Shown in pieces: positions 13,401-27,500 of a DNA stretch of 64,000 bases. The stretch covers positions 98,880,006 to 98,944,005 of the forward strand of contig NC_068982.1 in assembly GCF_001194135.2 (NCBI RefSeq), read 5' to 3'. The DNA is from Octopus bimaculoides. Taxonomy: Eukaryota. The notes under the pieces were generated by a model that was not told the origin of the DNA, did no database searches, and was given only the letters and a program-made list of their open reading frames with translations. Every line of letters starts with the position of its first letter. Within the stretch, counting starts at the first letter, position 1. The translations under genes were made by a program, and so were the position numbers.

Positions 13401-16400
13401 CCTCGTATATCAGAGAGGAGGATGAAAATTGTCCTAGCAGAGTCTAGCAAGAACACCAGATATCCTTCTGATCACCAACCCATTAGTTACTTCATATAAT
13501 ATGCAGGGACATGATGAACCTATTCTAAAACCAAGTTATATACAGAAAAACTAAAAAACTATGTATATAGTATTTGTTATGCTATGTTTCTCTGTTATGA
13601 TATGTTAATATACATATAATATACATTATATGATGTTACAATTTGTATAATATATAATATGTCAAATTATCTTGTTAGGGTGGAGTGTTGGTTAATGTTA
13701 TAAGAGGAGCACAATACCCATTGATAAGAAGTACCATTATCGATGAGTTGGCACAAGAGCACAAAGTACTGGATGGAGAAGCTCGCAGAGTAAAGGTTTG
13801 TATTAGTTTACTAATCTATAGAGAATCACAGTTGGTTTATATGCTTTTGACTGTCATACGAACTATTAGTAGTTCATAATATGTCACCAATAACATACTG
13901 TGTAAGGGGCCAAGACACAAATTTGAATCCTTTAGCATTTAACTGGCCATATCAAGCCAGAATATTCTACCTGTTTTATATTTAAAATAGCTAGATCTGG
14001 TTTCTCGCACCTACCATACAATGTCATTTTAAAAACAAACAATCACATCATTGAAATCTCAAAACTATAAGATAATGTATGATTAATTCAAAACAATTTG
14101 AATAAATAAACATTATATTTGAATAATTGGAATGCTAAAGGGTTAATAGGCCCTTTTGCAGCTGGCTGTAAACTGGCAGTAAAAGAATTTACTCTATTCT
14201 TCCAGTAACTGACAAAATACAATGATACATATATCACTATATGATCAGTGAGTTGTGGGGAGCATCATTTTGTGCAGCCACTGACAGAATGTAGAAGCAG
14301 TAAAAGTTGTGTGATGACGATATTCACCTCACAACCATGTGACTCCTGTAGAGAAAACAGAGGCATTAGGAGGAAGGCAGTGGATTGGGGGTCGCTATGA
14401 ATTTATAATAAGGGTGACCATACAATCAACTAGGAATGCCAGCTTTGTCGTTGTTTCACTCAAATGATGATAAGTATGGAATATCAATATTCATGTATGT
14501 TTACATATTAACACTCACAAGCATCTGATTCCACCCCTCCCCCTACTTCCTCATTTAATGCATAAAACATACATGAATTAGATCTTCCTAAGATTAGTGG
14601 ATCATATAGGAAACTTTTCAATAAGCATAAATAAAGGATCTTGTTCAGCTGTGCACCAAATGGAAAAGAAAAGTATTAGTCAATACTCCAAAACTGTAAA
14701 CAGAGCCATGATGCTAATGTAGGGTTTACAGTGAATTCCCAGTGAATAGTCAATGCAATGCAGAAGCTGTGGTCTACAAAGCAAAAAATAGCCTTGACGA
14801 ATATGAATAGGATGATGTATATACAAAAATATGTCATAACACTGGAGAGCTCCTTAAGGCTAGGCTGAATAATCACAGACTCTCTTTTATAATAATCACA
14901 AACCCAGGGAAGATGTAATATCATAACTTTAACCTGCTATGCATGGTAATTAAAAAAGGGTGCAATGTTGTATAACATCACATGGAGATTACCAGAATGA
15001 TCTAGGCTGTATCTTAATGGAAGCAGGAGATGCAGGCTCTGCTTGACAGAGAAGAGAACTGTTCTAAGATATCCATGTAATGTGGGACTGGAGAGTAATA
15101 CATACATAACCTTCACATTTCATTCATGGCAAACACCAGTCCATGGGGAATAACTCTTCCTGTCTTCTTCCTTCTCCAAAACATTTTTTTTACTAGATTT
15201 TGTTCCACCCTTTTGCCACCACTGAATCAAACTAGAGTCTATGCACTTCCATGCAAAAGAAGTTTTATGCTCATAGACAGCATGTCTGAAGACACTTCAA
15301 TATTGTTTAGTGGCAATATTCAGCACTAAGTCAACAGTAACATTCTGGCCAGTTATATGCCATAGACAATAATATTTTACTTAATGGTATAAAAATATAC
15401 CTGCTCTGTTACTTAAATTGAGTGTGCTTCTATTTCTGACATATGGACAACTAACTGATGATTTGTGTGTGTGTGTGTGTGTATGTGTGTGTGTGTGTAC
15501 ACATAACGTACACAAATCATCAGTTGCATGTGTGGGGGGGGGGTATGCTAAAGAGACGACATTGTGTGGGTATAACTAGAATTCTCCTACTGACATCGAT
15601 ACAGAATAAAAATATATTCTTACAAGCTACTAACATTTACTCAGTACCTCATATTGTGTAATGATTTACATGTTTCCTGCTCTTGTTTTAAAAATCTGCA
15701 AGATTATTGATAAAGAACTCCCATTCGTAAAAGAACCATCAGAATCTGAAGAGGAAGAAAGTGAAGTTGAAGGTGATAATCACTTCTAAACATTTTTTGG
15801 TTTCCTTTTCTTTTTTGCCTTTTTTTTTGTTTTACTTCATTTTGTTTATGTTATTTTTTTACTTCAGTTATTGTTTGAGCATGGGTTGGTTGAGTCTTCA
15901 AATTTTGACATTTACTGAAATGAATTACTGTTGTTTTTATTTTTCATCATCATCATTATCATTGTTTAACGTCCGCTTTCCATGCTAGCATGGGTTGGAC
16001 GATTTGACTGAGGACTGGTGGACCAGGTGGCTACACCAGGCTCCAATCTGATTTGGCAGAGTTTCTACAGCTGGATGCCCTTCCCAATGCCAACCACTCC
16101 AAGAGTGTAGTAGGTGCTTTTACGTGCCACCTGCACAAGGGCCAGTCACACGGTACTGGCAACGGCCACGCTCAAAATGGTGTATTTTATGTGCCACCCA
16201 CACAAGAGCCAGTCCAGGGGCACTGGCAATGATCTCGCTCGAAAATCCTTACACATGTCACGGGCACAAGTGCCAGAAAGGCGACGCTAGGCACAGGTGC
16301 TATCCCGATTTCGCTTTTGCTTGCCCCAATAAGTCTTCACAAGCTGAGTTACGTGTCCAATGAAGGAGACGACGTAGAATTACTCAGCACTACAAAGTGC

Positions 16401-17870
16401 AGGGTCCAATTGGAGAATTGTTAGTGGGGTCCTCTACTCTACAAAAGCTGGAGATTGGCGTGTTACGCCTTGTGTAATATGCCTGTCTCAGTCATAAAGT
16501 ATTGAGAGCTTGAGACTCCACCATTAGCTACAATGATATACTAAAAATTCATCATAGTGTCCTCTGCTTGAGCATGTGTGCAAGGCTCTCTCTTGGCATG
16601 GGACCCAATTTGAACAAATTTGTCTAGTTGATTTAAAACCTGCCCTGCTGATGAATGACTTGTCAAATTACTTGTAGTGGATTTGAAACCATAAACCACT
16701 TTTAGTATTCATTACTACAACCATTCAATCATTATATCTTTCCATGCTATTGTTGCTATTATTTTCAATGAAATTCAAACTTCCAGGAATATTTCTTGTT
16801 ACAGTACAGTTTGTGTTACAGTACTGCTCCTGTACAGTCCATGTTACAGTACAGTGTATGTTATAGTATTCTTTGTTACAGTATAGTGTATGTTACAGTA
16901 TAGTTTATGTCACTTTACTATTTATGTTACAATACAGTTTATGTTACAGTAACAGTATATGTTACAACATTATAGGACAAAGTATATCAAAGTACAGTTT
17001 GTGTTACAGTAAAGTTTATGTTGATAGTAGAATGTATATTTCATTGTAGATTATGCAACATTACAGTATAGTGTACAGTGCATATTACAAGACAGTCTAT
17101 GTTACTACATATCTTATATCAATATTAGAGTACAGCTTTTATTACAGTATGGTTTATGTTATAGTACAGTTTATGTTACTATACAGAGTATATTTACAGG
17201 ACAATCTATGATGCTCTATAGCTTATAATACAGCACAGTGTAGTTGTATGTGTTATAGTACAGTTTATATTATTTTACTATTTATGTTACAGTACAATGT
17301 ATGTTACAAGACAGTCTGTGCTGATTTAGGTTATATAACAGTACAGTATGTTACTGTACAATTTATGTTACATGGACCATTTATGTTACTGCAAAGTTTG
17401 TGTTACAGTCCATGTTACAGTAAATATTTCCTCTCAAACAAACAAACAAGTGCAAAATTATTTTTCTTAAATTTTATTCTTCTATTTATAAATTTTTCCA
17501 AAAGAGCTACCTGACGAAGTTACTGTTGCTATTATTAAACCTGATGCTGTGCAGGATGGGCAAGTGGAGACTATTATCAAAATGGTAAGTTACCCAGCAT
17601 CTGTCTTGCTATCAATTGTAGTGCCATCTGCTTTAAGAGTTCCAGCTTCCTACTTGCCATCTATTCGTGTATGGTTGTGTGGTTAAGCACTTTGCTTCAC
17701 AAACCACATTGTTTCATGTTCTATCCCACTGAAAGGTACTTTGCATAAGTCCCTTCTAACATAGATTTGGTTCCACCAAAAGCCTATAAATGGAGTTTGG
17801 TAGGAAGAAATTGTGTTTAAGTTTCTATCATCATTAGTTGTCTGCTCTTTCATGTTGTGCTAAAATCATC

Positions 17871-17907
<37 letters not shown>

Positions 17908-17925
17908 CACACACACACACACACA

Positions 17926-17983
<58 letters not shown>

Positions 17984-18484
17984 TTCACTCCTGTTCTCCT
18001 TCGCTTATAGGGGTCTTTTTAAGTCCTTTAGTCTTGTAAGCAACTTCGCTAGTGCAGTAAAAAAAAAGAAGAAGAAATGATAGAAAAATACCTACTAAGT
18101 ACACTTTGTAACTTGGTTGATGAAAGGAAGAGCTTCCAACCATAGAAACCATTCCAAAACACATTGGAGCACACTGCAATCCTTCAACTCATCAAATCCA
18201 CCTGTTCAACTGTCCAATCCATGCTTGCATAGAAAGTATGTTTAATGATGATGACAACGACGACGATGGAGATGATGTTACACACACACACACACACACA
18301 TACATTCACTGTAGGCACTATTACGGCTCTGTGTTTGTTTAAGATGTTTGTATCGCAAACACATTGTTTAGGCTTCAGTTCTCCTGCTCACCACTGAGGG
18401 CAAGAGTTTTCTACAATAACCTTAGGTCAACCAAGTCCCTGTGCATGAATTTGGTTTGGTTAATGGAAACTGAAAAAAATTGTA

Positions 18485-18520
<36 letters not shown>

Positions 18521-21500
18521 AAATGTGAGAGTTTCCTTATCTTGACATCATGTGCTAACTCTAAACAAACTATTTCTATAGTAGTTTTGTTTGTATGCAA
18601 TCTTCCATGAAAACATGTTGTGCTGCTAGTGTTCAAAAGACTAGGGAAAATATCTTACTCAGAAACAGGCAAGGGTTGGTAACCAGAATAGAATCAGGCA
18701 GTAGAAAATTTTCTTCAATGAATTTTACCTGATCTATTTATATTATAATATATCATCATCATCATCATCATCATCATGGTTTAACGTCCGCTTTCCATGC
18801 TAGCATGGGTTGGACGATTTGACTGAGGACTGGCAAGCCAGAAGGCTGCACCAGGCTCAAATCTGATCTGGCAGAGTTTCTACAGCTGGATGCTCTTCCT
18901 AACGCCAACCACTCCGAGAGTGTAGTGGGTGCTTTTACGTGCCACCGGCACGAGGGCCAGTCACACGGTACTGGCAATGGCCACACTCAAAAGGTGTTTT
19001 TTATGTGCTACCTGCATGGGAGCCAGTCCAGCGGCACTGAAACTATGATGATAATGATAACAGATATACAACAATATTATAAAATGCTGAATCATATTAC
19101 TAAGTTCTTTTGTTTGCTGCACTACAGAATATATTTGCAAATTTTAGCTATAACTCTATGTAATAGACAGAGATAAACATGTCTTTATATTCAGTATCAT
19201 TGTGAAGATAAAAAAGAGGTATTAACTGGACCAGTTTCAGTTCTATGTTGGGATTTCATCAGTAGCTGAATATGAGCATTCTTCTTTAACTGTCAACAGA
19301 GATTCTCCTTTTAACATACTATTGCTAAGGGCTTCAGTATATTGGATGGCACTAGCACTACCACCACAACCATCGCCATCACCACAACCATTACTATCAT
19401 TATCAACACAACCAACACCACCACTCCATCACTACCATCATTGTCACCATCGCCATCATCATATCCACAACCGCAACCACAAGACAGCCGCCGCCTTCTT
19501 TTCCTCCTTCTCTTTCTTTTGGTTATAGTATCTAAAATTTCACCTGAGAATTTTTCAATTTCCAGATGGAAGCTGAAGGGGTTGAAATTGTGGCCAATGT
19601 GAAGAAATTACTCACAGAAGAAACTGCCAGAGAGTTCTATCAACATTTGTCAGAAGAGGTGAGAGGAATATCTGTTTTTATGTCTTCTTCAAACAAGAAA
19701 AAATTAAATCTTCCAGAACAAAAGAAAACATTCTTGATATAAAAAAAAAACAAAGAAATACACAACAAAAAAATGTGCATAAAGAGAAAAAAAGATACAA
19801 AATTGATTAATGATGCTACCAAAAAGGTAAGTTTGATGTAATGGAAATACTAAATGACTACGTTAATCCACCTATGTTACCTATGATTTACCATTAATCC
19901 ACTGGTAGCTACCTGTGATTTGTCATTAATTCACTTTTGATAACTCATGATTTGTTATTTATCCATCTATAGCTACCTGTTATTTATTATTAATGCACCA
20001 GTTGTCTCTGTAATTTGTCATTAATCCACTTGTAGCTACCTGTGATATTTGTCATTAATCCACCTATGGCTACCTCTGATTAATCATTAATCCACCTATA
20101 GCTACCTCTGATCTATCATTAATCCATCTGTAGCAACCCATGATTTATTGTAAATTTGTCTGTAGCTACCTATGATTTATCATAAATCTGTCTTAGCTAC
20201 CTCTTGTTTGTCATTAATCCATGCGTAGCAATGTATGATTTATCCACTTTTACTTGTCTAATATTTTAGATCTACTAGCTAACTTCCAAATACACATGTC
20301 ATAATGGTGTGTAGGAAGTGTTGTAATCTCAGTTGCTTATACACCATAGAAACCAGATTAATCTCTGGTCTTATGAATCTCAGAGCTCACAATTTAGACT
20401 TGAGTCTAAATAATATATCTGTTAATGTGTTTTACATTGAAGCCAGTAGAGTAAAGTGTTAGACTAACTGCCTTAAAGTATTCAATCTTAACCCTACATT
20501 CAAAGTTCAAATCATTCTGGTACTGACATCATCATCCATCCTTCTGACAAGTCAATAAAATATGTAATGTTAATAAGTTATTTAGTTGTTTATGCTCATT
20601 CCCCAGCACATTTCTGTCAAAGAAATCACTAATATTGATGTGAAATATTGGCACAAGGCCAACAATTTCGGGGGAGGGGTAAGTCAATTGCATTGACTCC
20701 AGTGCTCAACTGGTACTTATTTTATCAACCCCCAAAAAGATGACAGACTAAGTTGACCTCAGCAGAATTTGAACTTAGAACATGAAGATGGCCGAAATGC
20801 CACTAAACATTTTGTCCAATGTGCTAATGATTGTGTGCCAGCTTACCACCTTAAAGAAATTATTAATATCACTGGGAACAAAAAGGTGGCAAACTGGCAG
20901 AATCATTACCACGTTGGGCAAAATGCTTCGCAGCATTTTGTCCATTTTTATGTTCTGAGTTCAAATTCCACCAAGGGTGACTTTGCCTTTCATCCTTTCA
21001 GGGTCAGTAAAATAAGTACCAGTCAAGCACTGGGGGTTGGTGTGATCAACTTAGCCTCTCTCCCAAATTTACAGGCCTTGTGCCAAAATTTGAGCCAATA
21101 CACCTTATGATTTGTGTTCTTACTGTGTAAGAGGTTGAATATGGGCAAAACCAGAGGGATGCTGGGCAAAATACCTTGTGGTATTTAGTTAAATCCTTTT
21201 ATAGTCTAACTTCAAACTCTACCATGGTTAACTTCTCCTTTCATACTTCTGAAGGAGTTAGAGAAATAAATCTATTGCCCTCTTTTTTCCCAACCCTGTC
21301 ATTAATCCTTTCTTTCTTCCCTCTTTCTTATCATCCCTCATCCCTCTACCAAGGATCATCATCCACTCTTCTTTTGTGTTTTACTTTATTTACAGAGGCC
21401 ACTTTAGGGCCCTAACCTTATAAGTTACAAGGCAATCATCACTTGTGCTGGTGCTATATAAAAAGCACTCGACACACTCTCTAAAGTGGTTGGCACTTCA

Positions 21501-24500
21501 GAGGGCATCCAGCTATAGAAACCATACAAAAGTTGTAGGTGGTGCATGACACAGTCTTCCAAATCATTAGACCCTATCAAATGGAAGCTAGACATTAAAT
21601 GATGGTGCTGATGATGACAATGACAATGGCGATGACAATGGTGATGATGTCGACTACGATGACGATGACAACGATGATGATGCACTACAAATCAATTGAA
21701 TTGTCCATAGCTGTTCTTATCAACTCATAGTCTTGTCTTGTTCCTTTGAGTCCAACGCATTACCCATTTTAACATCTTCACCTGGTCTTCAGGCTGCCTC
21801 TACTAGAGTACCTGTAGTAGTGTTTCCTTCTGTTGAAAGTTTCCCTCTCTACCCATACCTTTTTTCTGCACACATTGACCTCTAAGGCAATGTTTAGGAA
21901 TGGCAATCGTCCACTTCAGCCTTCCCAGTCTAGGAGGGCATCTAACACAGGTGATTGGCATAAGCGTTATGGGTCCCTTAGGCTTTAAAAAAAAATGACT
22001 TCCCAGGCCACTCTTTCGTTCAGTGGAACTTGCTGTAAATATTATCTTCCCTTTATTTGCAGCCATTTTATGAAGACTACATCCAGTTCATGACTAGTGG
22101 CCCCTGTCATGTATTAGTACTAAAGAAGAAAAATAATGAAAAAGGAATTGTCTATGAATGGAAAGAAAAACTGGGACCCGTTACTGTTGAGGAAGCTAAA
22201 GAGTCCGCTCCCAATAGGTCAAATATCAGTTTCATAATTTTCTTTTAAACTGTTAAATATTTTCCTCACATTTATATATTTACTGATATATATATACAGT
22301 AGAACCTTGCAGTACGAGTGCACCATTGTACAAGTAATTTACTGTATCAGCCGAGGCTTGTGTGAATTTTTGTCTTGAAGTACAAGTAGAAATCCATAGT
22401 ATCAGCGAGTTTCATACAAGCAACCGCTAGTCAGCATGGAGCTCGCACATATGCTCTCCCAACAAGTGCAGCCTCTGCTCACTCAGTCCAAGCATTTATG
22501 TATATATATATATATGTATATATATATCTATATATATGTATATATATATGTATATATATGTGTATATATATANNNNNNNNNNNNNNNNNNNNNNNNNNNN
22601 NNNNNNNNNNNNNNNNNNNNNNNNNNNNNNNNNNNNNNNNNNNNNNNNNNNNNNNNNNNNNNNNNNNNNNNNNNNNNNNNNNNNNNNNNNNNNNNNNNNN
22701 NNNNNNNNNNNNNNNNNNNNNNNNNNNNNNNNNNNNNNNNNNNNNNNNNNNNNNNNNNNNNNNNNNNNNNNNNNNNNNNNNNNNNNNNNNNNNNNNNNNN
22801 NNNNNNNNNNNNNNNNNNNNNNNNNNNNNNNNNNNNNNNNNNNNNNNNNNNNNNNNNNNNNNNNNNNNNNNNNNNNNNNNNNNNNNNNNNNNNNNNNNNN
22901 NNNNNNNNNNNNNNNNNNNNAACGTGGACAATTGATAGCGCATCAATTGTCCACGTTAGTGGTCAACGTTATTTTTTAAAATATATATATATATATATAT
23001 ATATACTCTGTAATCATCAGCATCATTTAACATCCACTGTCCATGGCCAGCATGGACAGTAAATGTTAAATGAGGATGATTTATTCATTCATTCACCTAC
23101 TTATTTGTTTGATTGTTTATTTTATTTTGTATTTCATTTGCAAGATTCTGGATGTGAACTCATGTGTTGAAAATATTTTATTGTATATTGGAAGGGTCAT
23201 TGTGCCAATAATAATGCACACATACACACACACTTGTTCTATTTCACTTTCTAAAAAAAAAATATTATTAGTCAGTTGGTTAACCATGTAATCAATTGAT
23301 TAATTTATTGTTTGATTAATCATGCAGTCAATCAATCAATCAAAATCAGCCAGATTTGTCAAAGCCCTTTTGCTGTCATTTGCAACCTCATCAACGACAT
23401 GCCCAGACAAGCATGTATGCTTACACATACGCATATGTACACACATTCCTTTGCAGGCAATTACTCAGATATGCACAGATGCTCCAGATATTCACGTATT
23501 CCACAGATATGCATACACTGAGAATAAACTGTTGTTCAAAACTATAAAGCCAGAACACTGTCCATTTTTTTTTTCTGGCAAAATATACTACTCAAATTCA
23601 TAAAACTTGCCTCTATATAGGAAATGGAATAGAAGAAGGCATTGCAACATTCAAATTTATTGAAACCCAAAAATAAAATAGATAATGATTCAAAATAACA
23701 TACAGAGCCCCTGTTCAAAACTATAATGCCAGGTTGAATAATGTTGCAAAAAAATGATGCAAATTGAGGAAATTATGATATATTTCAATGATATTCTCAT
23801 GCAATACATCAACAATACTGTGTTTGACCACCACCTCATGCTTCCAATCAACTTCTGCAGTAGATCAAGTGGAAGCTCTTTCCAGGCCTTCTTTATTGCT
23901 ATTTTGAGTTCATCATCATCATCATCATCGTTTAACGTCCGCTTTCCATGAACCAGATGGCTACACCAGGCTCCACTCTGATTTGGCAGAGCTTCTACAG
24001 CTGGATGCCCTTCCTAACGCCAACCACTCTGAGAGTGTAGTGGGTGCTGTTACGTGCCACTGGCACGAAGGCCAGTCAGGCAGTACTGGCAACGGCCACG
24101 CTCAAAATGGTGTATTTTACGTGCCACCTGCACAAGAGCCAGTCCAGCGGCACTGGCAACGATCTCGCTCGAAAGTCTTTACACGTGCCAGAAAGGCAAC
24201 ACTGGGCACAAGTGCCATGACGATTTCGCTTTCGCTTGCCCCAACAGGTTTTCGCAAGCCGAGTTTCGTGTCTAATGAAGGAGACAACGTTGACATGGGT
24301 GCCAGTCGTCGAACAGATGAATACTGCTTGCCTTCGCTGTACACAATATTTGTGAAATATTCGCTGCCATTCTCTATAGGATTAAGGTCAGGACTTCTTG
24401 CTGGCCATGGCATAACTTCAATCACAATTGCATGCAAGAAATCCAAAGTTGCCTTTGCTTTATGAATAGGAACGTTGTCCTGTTGAAATATGAAGTTCTT

Positions 24501-27500
24501 GCTACAAAGCCTTCTTCCATCTTCATCAATGTCACTCCTGTCCAACATATTGATGTATCACATGGCATTGAAATGACCATCCATAATGACAGGTGGCAGC
24601 TTCCCATTGGCAGACATTGTTCCCCACACCATAAGATATCCTCTGCTGTTCTGCCACTTGAAATAAGTTTAATTTTGTATGCATTTATCGGCCCAGTAAT
24701 ACTTATAGCCATTTTGGCCATCCAAATTCCATTTTCTCTCATCAGAGAACAAAACCCTGACCTATTCATCACCCCACATCTGATGCTGCCAAGCAAACTC
24801 CAATCTAACGGCTTTGTGGGAAGGGGACAATAACAGACGTCCTAGCCACCTCTTCAGGTGGCAGTCATGGTTCAAAATCACTCTTCTTATGGTGGATGTT
24901 GAGGCTCCTACTCCTGCTGATGCCTTGATTTTGGAAACAGAAGAACAGTGTGACTTCTTCATAGCTGTGACAATGGCCCTTTCATCCCTTTCTGATGAAG
25001 CCTATAGACGTCCACCAACATGAATACTGTTGTAGCTATCAACATCTTTCAGAAAATTGTCCACTGGTGTTTTGCTTTACTGAATCTTTTCGGCAATCTT
25101 CCAGTTACTCATTCCTTCCACTTTCAGTGCAAGAATCTTCCTTTGCTCAATTTTGGAAAGCTTTGTAGTTTTAGGCATACTGGAAATTTAATCTGGATCA
25201 CAGTGAATACAGTTGAGTCAAATATTTTTTGAAACATTCTGGAAGGAATTGAAAATGTATTAGTGGCTTTATAGTTTTGAAGTGTTGGTTTGCTAGGAAA
25301 AATGGGAAAATCAGGTTTTGTAATGTGATAATAAAGGTACAAGGTTTGTTTACATTTCAAAGTATTCATGAAATACCTATTTACAATGTATTATGCCCAT
25401 TAGTCCACTTAAATATGGAGTTAAATTTCTAAATAACTTTAGAAAAACTGTGGCTTTATAATTTTGAATAGGAATTTGCATACACAGGTCTCAGAAACAT
25501 ACAGATGATACATACACATGCCTCAGACAGATCTGCTTATATATTCCAGGTAGAAGTATTTTATATGTCTCAAATGCACACATACTTAATATCTAGACAC
25601 AGCTGCTTTCTTAAACACAAACTATATACACAGACATAAATGCACACAAGATATGCAGACAATTGAAAGTGAATCTTTACTGTAAACCTTATCTCCTTTT
25701 TTTGATTACAGTTTGCGTGCCAAATTTGGATCTAGGGGGTTCATGAATGCTTTGCATGGGAGTGATAGTCAATCATCAGCTATGAGGTAAATATCTTTGC
25801 ATTATAATACATTTCAGTACACTTTTTAGTCAGAGTTTGCTTAGATTAACTATTCAGTAAATTGCTGCTGGTGGTGTTGATGAGGAATGTGGAGGTGATA
25901 TGTTGTTATTGGAGGCGCAATGGCCCAGTGGTTAGGGCAGCGGACTCGCGGTCGTAGGATCGCGGTTTTGATTCCCAGACCAGGCGTTGTGAGTGTTTAT
26001 TGAGCAAAAACATCTAAAGCTCCACGAGGCTCCAGCAGGGGATGGTGGCGAACCCTGCTGTACTCTTTCACCACAACTTTCTCTCACTCTTACTTCCTGT
26101 TTCTGTTGTGCCTGTAATTCAAAGGGTCAGCCTTGTCACACTGTGTCACGCTGAACATCCCCGAGAACTACGTTAAGGTAACACGTGTCTGTGGAGTGCT
26201 CAGCCACTTGCATGTTAATTTCACGAGCAGGCTGTTCCGTTGATCGGATCAACTGGAACCCTCAACATCGTAAGCGACGGAGTGCCAACAACAACTTGTT
26301 ATTGTTGTGGTTGCTTACCCACCAATGTTAGCCCCTATTAACAGGCCTTTCATCAAAGCATTCCAGCTTTATCCATATCTTTACTATTAAATGTCATTTT
26401 AAACAAAAATTTTGTTAATTTTTCTTGATTATTTCAGAGAACTTGGGTTTTTCTTTCCTCAGTTAAGTAGCAAATTATCTCACAGAAAATCCAAGACCAT
26501 TGAAAGAACACTTGCTATTATTCGTCCTGATGCTTATATATTATACAAAGGTATTGTTATCAGCTCCTGTCTTGCCACAATGTGCTAACATGTCAACATT
26601 TCCAACATTTTACCTAATTGAGAATTAACCCTTTTATAGGTGCAGGTGTAGATGTGTGGTATGAAGCTTGCTTCCCAACCACATGGTTCTGGGTTCAGTT
26701 CTTCTGCATGGCATCTTGGACAAGTGTCTTCTACTATAGCCTCAGGCTGACCAAAGCCTTGTGAGTGGATTTGCTAGAGGGACATTGAAAAAAGCCCATA
26801 TGTATATACATATGTATGTGTGTCTTTGTGTCTGTGTTTGTCTCCCCCATCACTGATAGACAACTGGTGTTGGTGTGCTTACATCCCTGTAACTTAGTGG
26901 TTTGGCAAAAGAGATCGATAGAATAATTACCAGACTTTGACAAAATTTTAGTCAATTCATTCGACTAAATTTCTTCGAGGCAGTGCCCCAGCATGGCCTA
27001 AGTCTAATGATTGAAACAAGTGAAAAAGAAACATGCAAGGCCTAGCTTTGTAGTTAAGAAGCTTGCTTTGCTACCACATGGTTTCAGATCCTCTGTATGA
27101 CACCTTGGGCAAGTGTCTTCAACTATATTCCCAGGCCGACCAATGCCCTGTAAGTGAATTTGGTAGATGGAAACTGTGGAAGCCCATCATGTATATATGA
27201 TTATAATGTAAAATAATACATGTTTACTATGGACTTCTGGTAACACGTGTGCAATGATATTCAGTAACCAAGTGGAGTTAGCTGCAGCATGCCTTCATAT
27301 ATGTGCCCTGATGACTTTCTTTCTTCATGACTTTCTGAAAAATAAAATATCTTTTAATGAAATTTTCTATAAATACGCTTCAGATTGTGTACATTCCAAT
27401 TATATTTGAATTTGTTGTGAAATAAATTTTTCAAACAAATTTCAACATAATCATAATCTACACATTCTGAAAGTTATTAGTTGAAATTTTCATTTAAAAA

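Noticed and set aside
22436-23062. ORFs of 145-208 aa
   Set aside because: Their length comes from reading through an N-gap and (TA)n.
25911-25985. tRNA-like sequences at SINE heads (also 2330-2400, 7291, 44517, 47592)
   Set aside because: They have A and B boxes but no complete cloverleaf or acceptor stem. They continue into multi-copy SINE bodies with tails and TSDs.
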